This document shows, in pieces, positions 7,588-18,623 of a stretch of DNA of 64,000 bases. The translations under genes and the position numbers were made by a program. The notes under the pieces are model-generated. The model was not told the origin of the DNA and searched no databases. It was given only the letters and a program-made list of their open reading frames with translations. Source of the DNA: Ignavibacteriota bacterium (GTDB lineage: Bacteria; Bacteroidota; Ignavibacteria; Palsa-1295); the NCBI GenBank assembly GCA_963787835.1, contig CAWBEI010000002.1, positions 1,792,001 through 1,856,000 on the forward strand. Reading direction: 5' to 3'. Within the stretch, counting starts at the first letter, position 1. Every line of letters begins with the position of its first letter.

Positions 7588-10152
7588 ATGCCTTATTTTT
7601 CTATGTTCATGAAAAAAGAATTCTTTTTGGTCGGACTTTTTCTTTTAATTTCCAGTATTTCCAGTATTGCCAGTGCGCAGTGGCCCGCTGAGGGTGGGCT
7701 TGGCGGTTCGCCTGGAAACGGGGGGATGATACGGCAGCCCATGCCCGATGCCCCGTTAGTCAAATCCATCCCTCCGTTCCTTAAAGGCAACCAAACGCTG
7801 GCGGAAACGTGGAGCTCTACCATTGCAGCGTTCGGCAATAACCCAGACGGGATGACTGTTAATTGCTTTGCCGAAGATAGTGACAATCTCTATGTCGGCG
7901 GAGATTTCCTCAAATTCGATACAGTCCATACACAATTTATCGCCGGCTATAATCGAAAAACAGGATTGTGGTACGCACTCGATGCGGGTCTCGATAATGA
8001 CGTCCTTGCAATGGTCATGCATAATGGGAAGCTGTATGTTGGCGGATCGTTCAACCATGCGGGCAGCGGAGATAGCGTAGTCAATTACATCGCCATGTGG
8101 GATGGAACGTCATGGCATTCCCTTGCCGGAGGAATGAATGCTCAGGTGAACGCACTGGCTTTTATTGGCGACACGCTTTATGCCGGAGGTGATTTTACAC
8201 AAGCGGGTGGGAATTCCACCTCCTTTCTTGCATTTTGGGATGGCGCCTCATGGAACGAAGCTTCGATGGGAACTTCGTACCCCGTTCAAGCACTCTGTGC
8301 CACTCATGACAGCCTTTTTGTGGGAGGGAGTTTTCGGTATGTCGGGTCAGAAAGGAATAATAATGGCATCGTGGCCAATGGAACTGCAATGGTAAGAAAT
8401 GGAATCTGGACCGCTTTTGGACCAGGCTATAATAATTCCACGCTTGCGTTTTTTAACGGCAAGCTATGGGCGGGAGGACAATACTTTGCACTGGCTGATA
8501 ATAGCCTTACTGTAAATGGGATTGCCTATTGGGATGGATCGAACTGGAATGCCGTCTCTTCCGATACGATGGTTGGAATTGGAGGAGGCCAGGTCAATCA
8601 ACTCACTGTCCTTGGAGATAGTCTTATAGCCCTCGGCGAATTTAGTATGATGGACGGCGTTCCTGCGATGAATGCAGCGGTCATGCACAATGGAGCATGG
8701 TCCGAGCTTGGTGGAGGAATATATGGCTTTTGCAACGCAGCTATTTCCTTTAACGGGAGTCTCTATGTTGGCGGAGAATTCACAAAAGCAGGAACGGTAA
8801 GCGCTATGGGAATAGCATCGTATGCCAATGGCAGTTGGACCCCTTCTATACCTGCAGATCTTTTTTACAATGAAGTCGGCTGGCAGTCCGCAGAAGTTCG
8901 GGCAATCGCAACGACCGCTCGCTATGTGTTTATCGGCGGGAACTTCGTTTCGATCGCTCATCAGCCATGCAATCATGTCGCAGCCTACGATAAACAACTC
9001 GGTCAGTGGATCCCGCTTGGAGCCGGAGTAGATGGCACTGTCCGATCCCTTGCTGTTTCGGGAAATACCCTGATCGTGGGAGGAGAATTCACGCAGGCTG
9101 GAACAATTCCCGCGCGTCATATTGCGGAGTGCAATATTACTTCAAAAATATGGTCCGCGATGGGTGCAGGCGCATACCGGAGCGTCAATGCCTTAACCGT
9201 CGATTCCAAAGGGATGATCTATACTCCGATTTTTAATCCTTCTGTCAATAATATCTATTACGATGATATTGGTGTATGGGATGGGACTGGCTGGTCGCAA
9301 TTTGGCAATGGACTAAACTCCGGTTTTATCGATGCGATCACATGGATACAGGACACCTTATATGCTGTAGGTTCTTTCTCCCGAACGGACGATGGAACGA
9401 TCGTAAACGGAGTTGCCCAACTTCAGAATGGAATATGGGGTTCACTGAATGGTGGCCTTAATGCTGAAGCATATACTCTTACCGCTTCTGACAATAATCT
9501 ATATGTTGGCGGGGAATTTACTGAAGCAGACGGACAAGTCGATTCCGCGTTAGCCCTGTGGAATAATCAGACTCAGGAATGGAATCCCATCGGCGCGGCA
9601 GGATTCGATGGCCCGGTTCTCGCACTTGCTTCAGATGGCAATGGAGGCGTCTATGCCGGCGGCGAATTCAGCGAAGTTGCTCAAGTGGGTCGCGGCAATC
9701 TCGTTCATTGGAATGGCTCGGCTTTCGGGACGGTCGCTTCGGGCGTAAATAATACCGTTGCATCATTAGCCACCGATGAGAGTGCCCTTTATCCAGGAGG
9801 CTGGTTTACGGAAGCAGGGAGCACTACAAACACCAGCCTTCACTTCGGTGCGCTCGATGGAGCGGGAGCGAGCGTAAGCATTTCGCCATCGCCGGATGTG
9901 GCTTCTTTTTCTATATATCCCAATCCGGCTACTGGATCTTCGACGATCTCGGTTGATCTGGTTAAGGCTGGCAATATTCATCTCGAAGTATTTAACGAGC
10001 TTGGCGATCGGGTGCTGCTTATTGCGAAGGGAGTGTATCAGGCCGGTCCGCAAGAGTTCACACTTGATGCCTCGAAGCTGATATCCGGCATCTATTTTCT
10101 GCGGCTGACGAATGATGGAGTCAGTAGTATGGAAAATTTTGTGGTGCAGTAG
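7588..10152 (+). CDS. Secreted beta-propeller repeat protein with T9SS-type C-terminal domain
   Basis: Signal peptide; many LYVGGxF...IAxWDGxxW repeats; C-terminus IYPNP...GIYFLRL. Confidence 0.85.
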   Translation: MPYFSMFMKKEFFLVGLFLLISSISSIASAQWPAEGGLGGSPGNGGMIRQPMPDAPLVKSIPPFLKGNQTLAETWSSTIAAFGNNPDGMTVNCFAEDSDNLYVGGDFLKFDTVHTQFIAGYNRKTGLWYALDAGLDNDVLAMVMHNGKLYVGGSFNHAGSGDSVVNYIAMWDGTSWHSLAGGMNAQVNALAFIGDTLYAGGDFTQAGGNSTSFLAFWDGASWNEASMGTSYPVQALCATHDSLFVGGSFRYVGSERNNNGIVANGTAMVRNGIWTAFGPGYNNSTLAFFNGKLWAGGQYFALADNSLTVNGIAYWDGSNWNAVSSDTMVGIGGGQVNQLTVLGDSLIALGEFSMMDGVPAMNAAVMHNGAWSELGGGIYGFCNAAISFNGSLYVGGEFTKAGTVSAMGIASYANGSWTPSIPADLFYNEVGWQSAEVRAIATTARYVFIGGNFVSIAHQPCNHVAAYDKQLGQWIPLGAGVDGTVRSLAVSGNTLIVGGEFTQAGTIPARHIAECNITSKIWSAMGAGAYRSVNALTVDSKGMIYTPIFNPSVNNIYYDDIGVWDGTGWSQFGNGLNSGFIDAITWIQDTLYAVGSFSRTDDGTIVNGVAQLQNGIWGSLNGGLNAEAYTLTASDNNLYVGGEFTEADGQVDSALALWNNQTQEWNPIGAAGFDGPVLALASDGNGGVYAGGEFSEVAQVGRGNLVHWNGSAFGTVASGVNNTVASLATDESALYPGGWFTEAGSTTNTSLHFGALDGAGASVSISPSPDVASFSIYPNPATGSSTISVDLVKAGNIHLEVFNELGDRVLLIAKGVYQAGPQEFTLDASKLISGIYFLRLTNDGVSSMENFVVQ

Positions 10153-10460
10153 TATCCGTTGAAATTATGAAGTATGAAATGGGATCACGATCCACAGGAT
10201 TTCAGGATCAGGGAAAAATAAATAGATTTTGTGGAACTGGTTGTAAGTTCATGAACAAACGAGGTGAGTTCATGAACTCCTGATGCAAAAAAAAATATTT
10301 TGGATCCAAAACAGGCGAAATTGGCTTGAAAATGAGGGTGTAGAAAGCTAACGAATGTAAATACGCTGTGTTCACGAATTTTATCGTCGAGCGAGAGGTA
10401 AGTTTATGCAATCTTAGCTGTTAGAATTCGGTTATTTAAAAAGCGAGCGTAAAAAGTTCG

Positions 10461-10468
10461 TATATTTG
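10461..10468 (+). promoter_or_regulatory. Bacteroidota-type -7 promoter box TATATTTG upstream of the NlpC/P60 gene
   Basis: Matches TAnnTTTG. The same motif precedes other genes at 6388, 7570 and 53078 (+) and near 34361, 48545 and 51795 (-). Confidence 0.55.
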
Positions 10469-10669
10469 CACAAAGATGTTCCAAAGCATCTTTCGATGAT
10501 TTTCGAAGCTCCTCATCAAAACGGCTCAATTTGAGCATTTTTTGAAGAATTTCGAAAGTCTTCATCAAGTAGTTACGGGGATTAACGTCCCATTCATTTA
10601 CAACTAATATGGCATCGGCGAGGATAGTATCGGCAACGATCGTATCCGCGACGATGCTCACAACACCGC

Positions 10670-11707
10670 ATGATCCAAAAGACCATACGGCGTTTCGGAC
10701 TAATCCTGCCGCTATTGGTATGTGCCATGTTCCTCATGGCCGCCACAACGTCAGCGTCCGCAGCCCGTACTCACAAGATCGGGCGGCATGGGAAACATGG
10801 GAAAATCGCGCAAAACGCTCACCGTCGTCATGGTAAGCACTTTGCGAGGCTCTCCCGCCATCACGTTCCTCAGCGCCCGCTCACACTTAAGGAAAAGGAC
10901 GATATCGTTCTGAAGATCCGGACACTCGCCAAGAGCACCGCCGGAACGGATGAATCGTTATCTGTCGCAGCTACTATTTCGAATCCGGCCGCGAAGCCAT
11001 CCTCTGCGGATGACAGCATCATTGCTGCAGAAGCGAAATCTCCCGACATTCAATCGCAGATCGCCGAGGCCGCAAAAGAAGAGCGCGCCGAGGATGACGT
11101 TGATGTGTCACTCGATAAATTCTTCAAGGCACGTCCGGATGCTTCAACCACTGCTTCAAGTCAGGCTCTGGCCGATGCGCTCGACCCGACTGCCGCTTTG
11201 GAGCGCCAGCAGGATTTCACGCTCATCGACGAGACCGATCCGAACCATGCTGCCCAACGCTCGGATGTCATGGCGGAGATCATCAACTGGATCGGCACCC
11301 GCTACGAATTTGGTGGCGAAGATCGCGGTGGAATCGATTGTTCCTCCTTCACACGTCAGGTATTCGGCAAGGCATTTGGCCTCGATCTTCCGCGCACCGC
11401 ATACATGCAATCCCAGATTGGCGATCCTGTAAAGAAGGATCAATTGCAATTTGGCGATCTCGTCTTTTTCAAGACGGCCCGTTATGCTCCGATCACCCAT
11501 GTCGGTATCTACATTGGCGAAGGCCTCTTTGCGAATGCTGCCTGTTCACGCGGCGTGACAGTCGCTTCGCTCGAAAGCACGTACTGGTCGAAACACTATG
11601 TAGCAGCCCGTCGGATTTTGTCGAATAGTTCAACGGCTTCTCTCGGCGCTTCGATGGATAAGAGCGTAGCTTCGCAGTCTCTGGCGGTTGAAGGAAGCTC
11701 GAACTAA
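10670..11707 (+). CDS. NlpC/P60 (C40) peptidoglycan endopeptidase
   Basis: Signal peptide, His/Arg-rich N-terminal region, WIGTRYEFGG..GIDCSSF, GDLVFF, THVGIYIG. Confidence 0.92.
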   Translation: MIQKTIRRFGLILPLLVCAMFLMAATTSASAARTHKIGRHGKHGKIAQNAHRRHGKHFARLSRHHVPQRPLTLKEKDDIVLKIRTLAKSTAGTDESLSVAATISNPAAKPSSADDSIIAAEAKSPDIQSQIAEAAKEERAEDDVDVSLDKFFKARPDASTTASSQALADALDPTAALERQQDFTLIDETDPNHAAQRSDVMAEIINWIGTRYEFGGEDRGGIDCSSFTRQVFGKAFGLDLPRTAYMQSQIGDPVKKDQLQFGDLVFFKTARYAPITHVGIYIGEGLFANAACSRGVTVASLESTYWSKHYVAARRILSNSSTASLGASMDKSVASQSLAVEGSSN

Positions 11708-11730
11708 GTAAGCATTATAATTTTTGATAG

Positions 11731-11762
11731 GGCCCCAGTCATTTCAATGGCCGGGGCTTTTT
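11731..11762 (+). terminator. Intrinsic terminator
   Basis: Hairpin GGCCCCAGTCAT-TTCA-ATGGCCGGGGCT followed by a T run after the NlpC stop. Confidence 0.65.
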
Positions 11763-11834
11763 GTATTTCCGGATCGAACCGAAATGATGCAATAAAGAGG
11801 ACGATTATGAACCGTGCGGCGTTACCTGACTTCT

Positions 11835-12314
11835 ATGTCCGAGCGCAAAGAAGTCGAGCGAAAACCGAGATCGCAGTCAATCAAGCCTATTGCCGAAAAC
11901 CGGCGTGCTCGGCACGATTATCTCATTCTTGAAGATATCGAGGTTGGCGTATCGCTGGTGGGTACGGAGGTCAAATCCCTGCGCCTTGGAAATATTCAGC
12001 TCTCGGATGGATATGCTCATATCGCTGGCGGAGAGTTGTGGCTGGACAACGTTCATATCGGCCCATACTCACATGGCAATCAATTTAATTTGGGAGAGAA
12101 GCGCCGCAGAAAACTTCTTGCGCACCGCCGAGAGATCAACCGGCTTATCGTAAAACTTCGTGATGCCGGATTAACGCTGGTACCGTTGAAATTGTACTTC
12201 AAAGGCGGAAAAGTAAAGTTACTGATCGGGTTAGCGAAAGGAAAGAAAGCTTATGATAAACGCCAGACGATCAAAGAACGAGATGCAAAACGCGAAATTC
12301 GTGAAAAGGACTGA
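11835..12314 (+). CDS. smpB: SsrA-binding protein SmpB
   Basis: Motifs NRRARHDY, GTEVKSLR, RKLLAHRREI, GKKAYDKR. Confidence 0.97.
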   Translation: MSERKEVERKPRSQSIKPIAENRRARHDYLILEDIEVGVSLVGTEVKSLRLGNIQLSDGYAHIAGGELWLDNVHIGPYSHGNQFNLGEKRRRKLLAHRREINRLIVKLRDAGLTLVPLKLYFKGGKVKLLIGLAKGKKAYDKRQTIKERDAKREIREKD

Positions 12315-12358
12315 TCCGAAGGGACTTTCGATACCAATTACCCGTTATTTGTAGATCT

Positions 12359-13573
12359 ATGACATTTCCACCACTCAATGAACAGATGGATGCCATTCGC
12401 CGTGGCGCCGTCGATCTTATTAACGAGGAAGAACTTGCGAAAAAGATCGAACGCGCCACCGCGAAGTCCAAGCCTCTCATTGTAAAATTAGGAGCCGATC
12501 CCTCTACTGCCGATCTGCACATCGGACATGGTGTGGTGCTTCGAAAGCTTCGGACGTTTCAGGATCTGGGACATCAGGCTACGCTAATCATCGGTGATTT
12601 TACTGCAATGATAGGCGATCCATCGGGCCGGCAGAAAACAAGGCCGTTGCTTTCGAAGGAAGAGGCAGAAAGGAATGGACAAACATACATGGAGCAGGTG
12701 ATCCTCATCCTCGATCGTGAGAGGCTAAAAGTTCTCCATAACTCGATGTGGCTCAATCCGATGACGTTTGCCGATGTCATCAAACTTGCCGCAAGCTATA
12801 CGGTTAGCCAAATGCTCGAGCGCAACGATTTCCATGAGCGGTTCAATGCCGAGCAGCCTATTTCACTTCATGAGTTTCTCTATCCGCTTGCGCAGGGAAT
12901 GGATTCGGTCTCCATCGAGGCGGATCTCGAACTTGGCGGAACGGATCAGAAATTCAATCTTCTTGTTGGCCGCGAATTGCAGCGCCATTATGCTTTGGAG
13001 CCACAATGCATCCTGACTATGCCTCTGTTAGAAGGCACCGATGGTGAACGGAAGATGTCGAAAAGTTACGGGAACTCGATTAACTTCACCGATTCACCCG
13101 ATGAGATGTTCGGCAAGACGATGTCCATCCCGGATTCGATGATCTACCGTTACTACGAACTTGCGACCAGCGTAACGAACTTGTCTGCAATAATGGACGT
13201 GATCGAGGAAGGATCCGTCAATCCGCGCGATCTGAAAGTAAGCCTGGGGCAAGAGATCGTACGTGGTTTCTATGGTGACGATGCGGCACGCGAAGCATAC
13301 GAACGCTTCACGACGATGTTCGTGAAAAAGGAAGTGCCGGATGATATTGAAGAATATGTGGCACAGACAATTGGCCCGATCTCGCTTGTAGATTTTATCG
13401 TGGAGCGAAAACTTGCCGCAAGTAAAGGCGAGGCGCGAAGGCTGATCGACGGCGGGGGTGTTTCCATCGATGGCGAGAAGATCGCGGATAGCAAAGCAAC
13501 GTTCATTCCAAATTCTGATGGAACTGTTCTTAAAGTGGGAAAACGGAAATACTTGAAAGTAATTTCAGGATGA
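12359..13573 (+). CDS. tyrS: Tyrosine--tRNA ligase
   Basis: HIGH and KMSKS motifs, GGTDQKFN, C-terminal S4 domain. Confidence 0.97.
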   Translation: MTFPPLNEQMDAIRRGAVDLINEEELAKKIERATAKSKPLIVKLGADPSTADLHIGHGVVLRKLRTFQDLGHQATLIIGDFTAMIGDPSGRQKTRPLLSKEEAERNGQTYMEQVILILDRERLKVLHNSMWLNPMTFADVIKLAASYTVSQMLERNDFHERFNAEQPISLHEFLYPLAQGMDSVSIEADLELGGTDQKFNLLVGRELQRHYALEPQCILTMPLLEGTDGERKMSKSYGNSINFTDSPDEMFGKTMSIPDSMIYRYYELATSVTNLSAIMDVIEEGSVNPRDLKVSLGQEIVRGFYGDDAAREAYERFTTMFVKKEVPDDIEEYVAQTIGPISLVDFIVERKLAASKGEARRLIDGGGVSIDGEKIADSKATFIPNSDGTVLKVGKRKYLKVISG

Positions 13574-13580
13574 ACTGACC

Positions 13581-16500
13581 TTAGCTCTCTTCCCCTATAT
13601 CTGCGCGTGCTGGCAGATCTATGAAGAATGTGGTACCATGTCCGGGAGTGCTTTCTACTCGAATCGTGCCGGACATATCGGTGATCGTCTTTTTTACAAT
13701 AGCAAGACCAAGCCCCATCCCACTTGTTTTGGTGGAGAAATTGGGATCGAATACTCGCTTCAGTGTTTCTTCGGACATACCGTACCCCGTATCGCGCACC
13801 CCTATGTTGACCATCCCCTGATCGGCATGTGCACGAATGACGATCACGCCCCACCCCTCTATCGCCTGAATTGCATTGCGAAGAAGGTTCACAAATGCGC
13901 GGCGGAGTTCCTCTTCATCCGAATGCACGCGCGGTAAGTCCTTTGGGACATCAATAATAAATCGAATGCGGCTCCGTTCGGCATCGAAAAGAGCCACAGC
14001 GCTATCCGCGACCTTACGAATATCGACTGCACCCCATCGGCGGCGTGGCATAGCGCCGAAATGTGAGAACTCGGTTGCGATGCGGGTGAGTACGTCGATC
14101 TGCTCGCGCATGGTGCGAATAACGCGCCGGAAGATTGTATTGAAATTTGGGTCTTTCGCCTCGTGCGCGTGCTCCAAATGCTGGACCGAGAGCTTCATCG
14201 GCGTGAGCGGGTTCTTGATCTCGTGTGCAACCTGACGTGCCATTTCCTTCCAGGCAAGTTCGCGCTCCGTCTGTGCTACTATTTCGCGGCTTCGCTCCAG
14301 CTCATGGGTCATCGTATTAAAGGCTTCCATGAGATCGCCGATCTCGTCTTCCCGCGTTACGGGAACCCGTGTAGTAAGTTTACCCTGTGCCACGCGCTGC
14401 GTCGCTCGAATTAATTCCATGATCGGGGATGCAACTCGGGCCGCAAAGAGTGCGCCGATCCCAAGCAGTACGAGCCCCAGTGCTGCAAAGGTTCCATAAA
14501 TAAAACTTGTGGTTCTGGCTATCTCTGCTTCGACGCGCGGCTGTTCATCCATCAGAGCCAATACCGCCAAAACGTGAGATCCATCCCTGCTCGCGACGGA
14601 TTGGTACCCGACATCGTACAATTGCAGACCGATCTCAACAGAGCTTGTAAAGAACGATCGCTTTCCATAAATGACCTCTCGCACTGCTGTCGAGTTGAGT
14701 GTCGGTGAGAGTAGGGAAGACTCATAGAGTTCCGGTCTGCTGCTTGCCTTCAAGTGGCCATTAGCATCATAAAGGCTGAAATCACGGCCGATCACATCCG
14801 AGAGATAATTTACTTCTGATGACAGATCCCTTGCTACTAGCGAAGGGCTGGCTTGCTCGATCGATTTTGTCATGCGCTCCTTAATCACGGCGGCATCGCG
14901 AGCAAGCCGGTCCTGTCCCTCGACCTGGGCCCGCTCGGCAAGAAGGTTACGTGTCACGTTCGTTACCACGACCAGTGGCACGAGCGCGATCACCAACACG
15001 ATCAAAAAGATACGGTCACGAAAATGCAGGGTGAATCGCATCCGACGCAACGCAATCTGACGAACTATCAAAAGACTGACCACAATGAGCACTCCATACA
15101 GAAGGCCGATCGCGTTAAGGCGCAGGGCAAATTCCAGCGTTCGTGGAAATGCCGGCTCCGGAATGCTTACCGCAACGATCGCGGGTTGCACGGTGAGAGG
15201 CGTTGTGGTGCTAGGGTAATATAGCGTCCGGTAGCGCACCCCATTCACGATTGAATTAGCCCAAAGGCTTCCAGCGTGGGGCAATTGCTGTTGAATAGCG
15301 TTTGGAACGGTGGCGGGCACGTCGCGCGCCGGGCTATTGGTAACGCGTAAGATATTTGGGCGGTATTGTGCGATGATGAATTCATCGTTAGTTCCGTTGT
15401 CCCCAGCCGCTAAAGTGGTTCCCGGAAGGATCGAGATCCGTGCTCGGGTGTTCGCAAACGCTGGAAGTTCGCTCCAAAGTGCGACGGTCACGAAGAGCGA
15501 CCCTCCGGCGACGGTGGAAGTCGGCTCGCCAGACCGAACAAGCTTGGAAACGGACGTCGTATCCGTCAATCGGGTCCCACCGACTATGGCCGGCGCTCCG
15601 GATAACGTGAACGATGGAAGGATACGAATATCGGTATTGGATGTGTCCGCTGCAGGGGGATGACCATCTGAACTATTTCCGCGAGCGATCGGATGGCGCA
15701 ATGCCATCAATTCTGAATCGAGCGTAGGGCGAACGAGGTTCATCTCATTGAATGCTCCCTCGGTAGCGAAATGAGATTCCAGAGCGCCCGATGCGTCATA
15801 CAGGTCGATGCTTGCGTTCCACCAAGGATGATCTCTCATTCCTTGGAACCAAATAAGGAATGCTTTTTCACGAAATGCTGCAGTATCGTGACCGCTTGCT
15901 TCCCAATCGGACAGGTTTTTGCTAGCATTCTCTAATAGGTGTTCTGCTGCTTGTCGTAACTGGGGCGAATCCACCTCTGCATTCTCGCGGACGATGCGAT
16001 GCGCTGTGAGCTCATCGGCCAAGAACTGTTTGTCAGCGACCAAAGGGCTCATGATCATTGCGCTGACGGCAAGAATAAAGAGGATCGCACGGCTGGAGCG
16101 AGGTAATTTGTATAGGAACGAAGGGCCTTCTTCGGTTTGATCCAGCAAAACACTGTCGATCACAATAATGGAGACGCTCACTAAAAATGTGAGTGTCGCG
16201 AGCAAGGAACGAATGAGCAGGCTGGTATCCGTTAACGCAAAGGAATTGAATAACGCTACGGAAGCCGTAAGTAAGATCATAGAGACGCAGGATCCGATCA
16301 CGATACGGCGTCTTGGCGAGAGATGGCTTGATGTCAGATGGATCGTTGCTCGAAGGCCGAACGTCAGGATCAGGACAGAGACAAATAGATAAGCAACGCC
16401 AATTCCAAGAAATGAAAGCAGCATCATTAGACCTCCCGGTGAGGGAAGGACCTGATCGACATTCATGTATCGCAGTGTGCCATCTCGGACGATCGCTTCA

Positions 16501-17894
16501 ACGGAGATGCTTAAGCCATCAAGCAGGAATTGCCAGATCATCACAGAAGTGATCGCAAGGATCAATAGGATTGCAGGATGTTCCTTCCGCTCTCGTTCAA
16601 GAGTACGTTCGCGAGACTCATCCTGAACGAGACGTTCGCGTGGCATCCAAATGATCCAGAGCATGATCGCTGAGGCAGTGGCGAAAACACTCGTGATGAA
16701 AAGCTCGAGCGGATTTGTTGCAATACCAAATCCCCAATTCGAAGTGAAATCAGTCGGATTCTGATACGGATCGGCCACCAGCATTCCAAATGATCCGATC
16801 TCTGCGATGAGAGCCCGTGTAACGAAGATCGATCCCAATGCCATCACCGAGTACACCAATCTTGCCTGAATGGGCTTCAGATACTGAGGAACCTCTGCAA
16901 TAGAAGTGAGGAACCAAATAAGCGCCGAAAGGATCGTGAGCGTGAAGGAGAAGATCCAGAGATCGTGCAAGATCTGGTCTTCCAAAGAAGCTTCGGCTTG
17001 CGGCTTGCGATCGATAGAAAGCGATCCAATGAAGCTGGTTGGATCTGCGGGATCGGCCAGCAGATCTTGCCTGACCCATCGGTTGTCTGAATGAACTGTC
17101 CCTGCTCTTCCACCAAATTTGAGCGTTACTCCACGCTTCGCGCTTGTGGAAAGATCGTCCAAAAAATTACTTGGTGGAGCGTTTCCGATCGGTTCTTTGG
17201 TGGCAAGCTGTTGTTTGGTGGCTATAAATGCTTGTATCCTCCCATCTTCGGAAACGAGCTTTCGAATCGAGAGAAGGTAGGAATAGATCGGGCCATTTTG
17301 TAATATTAATGCCTGATCGCGATTTGGCAACAGCATGGTTCCGGTCAGCACTGTATCGATCCCAAAGGTGGCTGCGGAAGGAGAATTCCATGCCAAAAGT
17401 TTGCCTTCACCAGAATAGATGGCATATCCCCTGTTAGCGATCTGACGGCCGAGAGAAGTAGTAAAGTTGACCGTGCTATCCGGCAATCGAGAGGCAAATT
17501 CGAGCTTGCGTTCGTTCAGCAAAGAGAAAAGCGTTCCAGTGCTCCTGTTTGCGAGCGAAGCGTCGATCTCGGGATCATGGGCCATACGTTCTCGGGCTGT
17601 ATCCAACGCTGCGGCAATGGCTTTCAGCCGGTCCTCGGCTCGAATCGCAACTTCTGAGACACTCCACGATCTCTCACTTAGATCGAATCCCAACAGATGA
17701 ACGAGCCAATCCGAACCTCCCGCTACCGCTGATAGCAGTAGAAGTGCAAGCATGAATTTGCGAAATCTTCGAGGCGGGTGTGGGAGCCAACAAGCCCTGG
17801 CATTGACAATAGACCTCCATACGCCGCTCACTGCGCTGGAAAGCAGTGCAATGGAGCGTTTGAAGGACTGCGCTATTTTCTGTGCCAGACTCAT
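13581..17894 (-). CDS. Large multi-TM sensor histidine kinase (NtrY-like: HAMP, HisKA, HATPase)
   Basis: Motifs EMARQVAHEIKNPLTP, NLLRNAIQA, DTGYG, FSTKTSGMGLGL; many TM segments. Confidence 0.92.
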   Translation of the reverse strand: MSLAQKIAQSFKRSIALLSSAVSGVWRSIVNARACWLPHPPRRFRKFMLALLLLSAVAGGSDWLVHLLGFDLSERSWSVSEVAIRAEDRLKAIAAALDTARERMAHDPEIDASLANRSTGTLFSLLNERKLEFASRLPDSTVNFTTSLGRQIANRGYAIYSGEGKLLAWNSPSAATFGIDTVLTGTMLLPNRDQALILQNGPIYSYLLSIRKLVSEDGRIQAFIATKQQLATKEPIGNAPPSNFLDDLSTSAKRGVTLKFGGRAGTVHSDNRWVRQDLLADPADPTSFIGSLSIDRKPQAEASLEDQILHDLWIFSFTLTILSALIWFLTSIAEVPQYLKPIQARLVYSVMALGSIFVTRALIAEIGSFGMLVADPYQNPTDFTSNWGFGIATNPLELFITSVFATASAIMLWIIWMPRERLVQDESRERTLERERKEHPAILLILAITSVMIWQFLLDGLSISVEAIVRDGTLRYMNVDQVLPSPGGLMMLLSFLGIGVAYLFVSVLILTFGLRATIHLTSSHLSPRRRIVIGSCVSMILLTASVALFNSFALTDTSLLIRSLLATLTFLVSVSIIVIDSVLLDQTEEGPSFLYKLPRSSRAILFILAVSAMIMSPLVADKQFLADELTAHRIVRENAEVDSPQLRQAAEHLLENASKNLSDWEASGHDTAAFREKAFLIWFQGMRDHPWWNASIDLYDASGALESHFATEGAFNEMNLVRPTLDSELMALRHPIARGNSSDGHPPAADTSNTDIRILPSFTLSGAPAIVGGTRLTDTTSVSKLVRSGEPTSTVAGGSLFVTVALWSELPAFANTRARISILPGTTLAAGDNGTNDEFIIAQYRPNILRVTNSPARDVPATVPNAIQQQLPHAGSLWANSIVNGVRYRTLYYPSTTTPLTVQPAIVAVSIPEPAFPRTLEFALRLNAIGLLYGVLIVVSLLIVRQIALRRMRFTLHFRDRIFLIVLVIALVPLVVVTNVTRNLLAERAQVEGQDRLARDAAVIKERMTKSIEQASPSLVARDLSSEVNYLSDVIGRDFSLYDANGHLKASSRPELYESSLLSPTLNSTAVREVIYGKRSFFTSSVEIGLQLYDVGYQSVASRDGSHVLAVLALMDEQPRVEAEIARTTSFIYGTFAALGLVLLGIGALFAARVASPIMELIRATQRVAQGKLTTRVPVTREDEIGDLMEAFNTMTHELERSREIVAQTERELAWKEMARQVAHEIKNPLTPMKLSVQHLEHAHEAKDPNFNTIFRRVIRTMREQIDVLTRIATEFSHFGAMPRRRWGAVDIRKVADSAVALFDAERSRIRFIIDVPKDLPRVHSDEEELRRAFVNLLRNAIQAIEGWGVIVIRAHADQGMVNIGVRDTGYGMSEETLKRVFDPNFSTKTSGMGLGLAIVKKTITDMSGTIRVESTPGHGTTFFIDLPARADIGEES

Positions 17895-17972
17895 TGCTTA
17901 TATGAATACTGTCCGGGGACGCTCCGTTCCATGTGAAAATTGGGCTACAACAGAATGTTCTATTCCTGAGCG

Positions 17973-18620
17973 TTAGCGGGGGGTAGCCGCCATAATTATA
18001 TTCACTGCGAACAGGGTCGGGAATAGATCGATTAGCCATCGTGGCATCGAATAGCCAGAATAGGTTTCGTTGACGATCTTGTAGCCAGCTTGCTGCATAA
18101 GTTCTCGAGCCGATCTGAGCGTAAAAAATCGGATGTGCGTACGATCGAGAATTCCGGAATCGGCGTAATCAAAATTGCCGCGAAGCAATCCAAGTCGAAT
18201 ACGAAGATTTGCTATGTTGGGGAGGCTAACGATAATCTGTCCATTGGGTGCGAGCAAAACGCGTGCTTCCTTAAGGATGCGTAAGGGATCATGGGTATGC
18301 TCGATTACATCACCAAATAAAACAACATCAAAGTCAGGTTTAAATACCTGCACGAGCGCGTTTGTCCATCCGGGTTCTTCCAGGTCGGTAATTGCAACCG
18401 CATTTAAACGCTGCTCTGCTACTTGGAGCGCATCTTCATCACTATCAATTCCAATAACAGTACACTGTTTTCGTTTGTGCAAGGCTGCACCGAGTATTCC
18501 GGTGTGGCATCCGACATCGAGTACGCGCGCATCATCTGGAATCATTTTAAATTGCAGCGCATGAGTGCTGACGGGATCGTCAAGTCGAAGATCGAAATCG
18601 TATGCGTGCTTTTCCTTCAT
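17973..18620 (-). CDS. Class I SAM-dependent methyltransferase
   Basis: Motifs VLDVGCHTG, FDVVLFGDVIEH, GILDRTHIRFFT. Confidence 0.88.
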   Translation of the reverse strand: MKEKHAYDFDLRLDDPVSTHALQFKMIPDDARVLDVGCHTGILGAALHKRKQCTVIGIDSDEDALQVAEQRLNAVAITDLEEPGWTNALVQVFKPDFDVVLFGDVIEHTHDPLRILKEARVLLAPNGQIIVSLPNIANLRIRLGLLRGNFDYADSGILDRTHIRFFTLRSARELMQQAGYKIVNETYSGYSMPRWLIDLFPTLFAVNIIMAATPR

Positions 18621-18623
18621 GCG

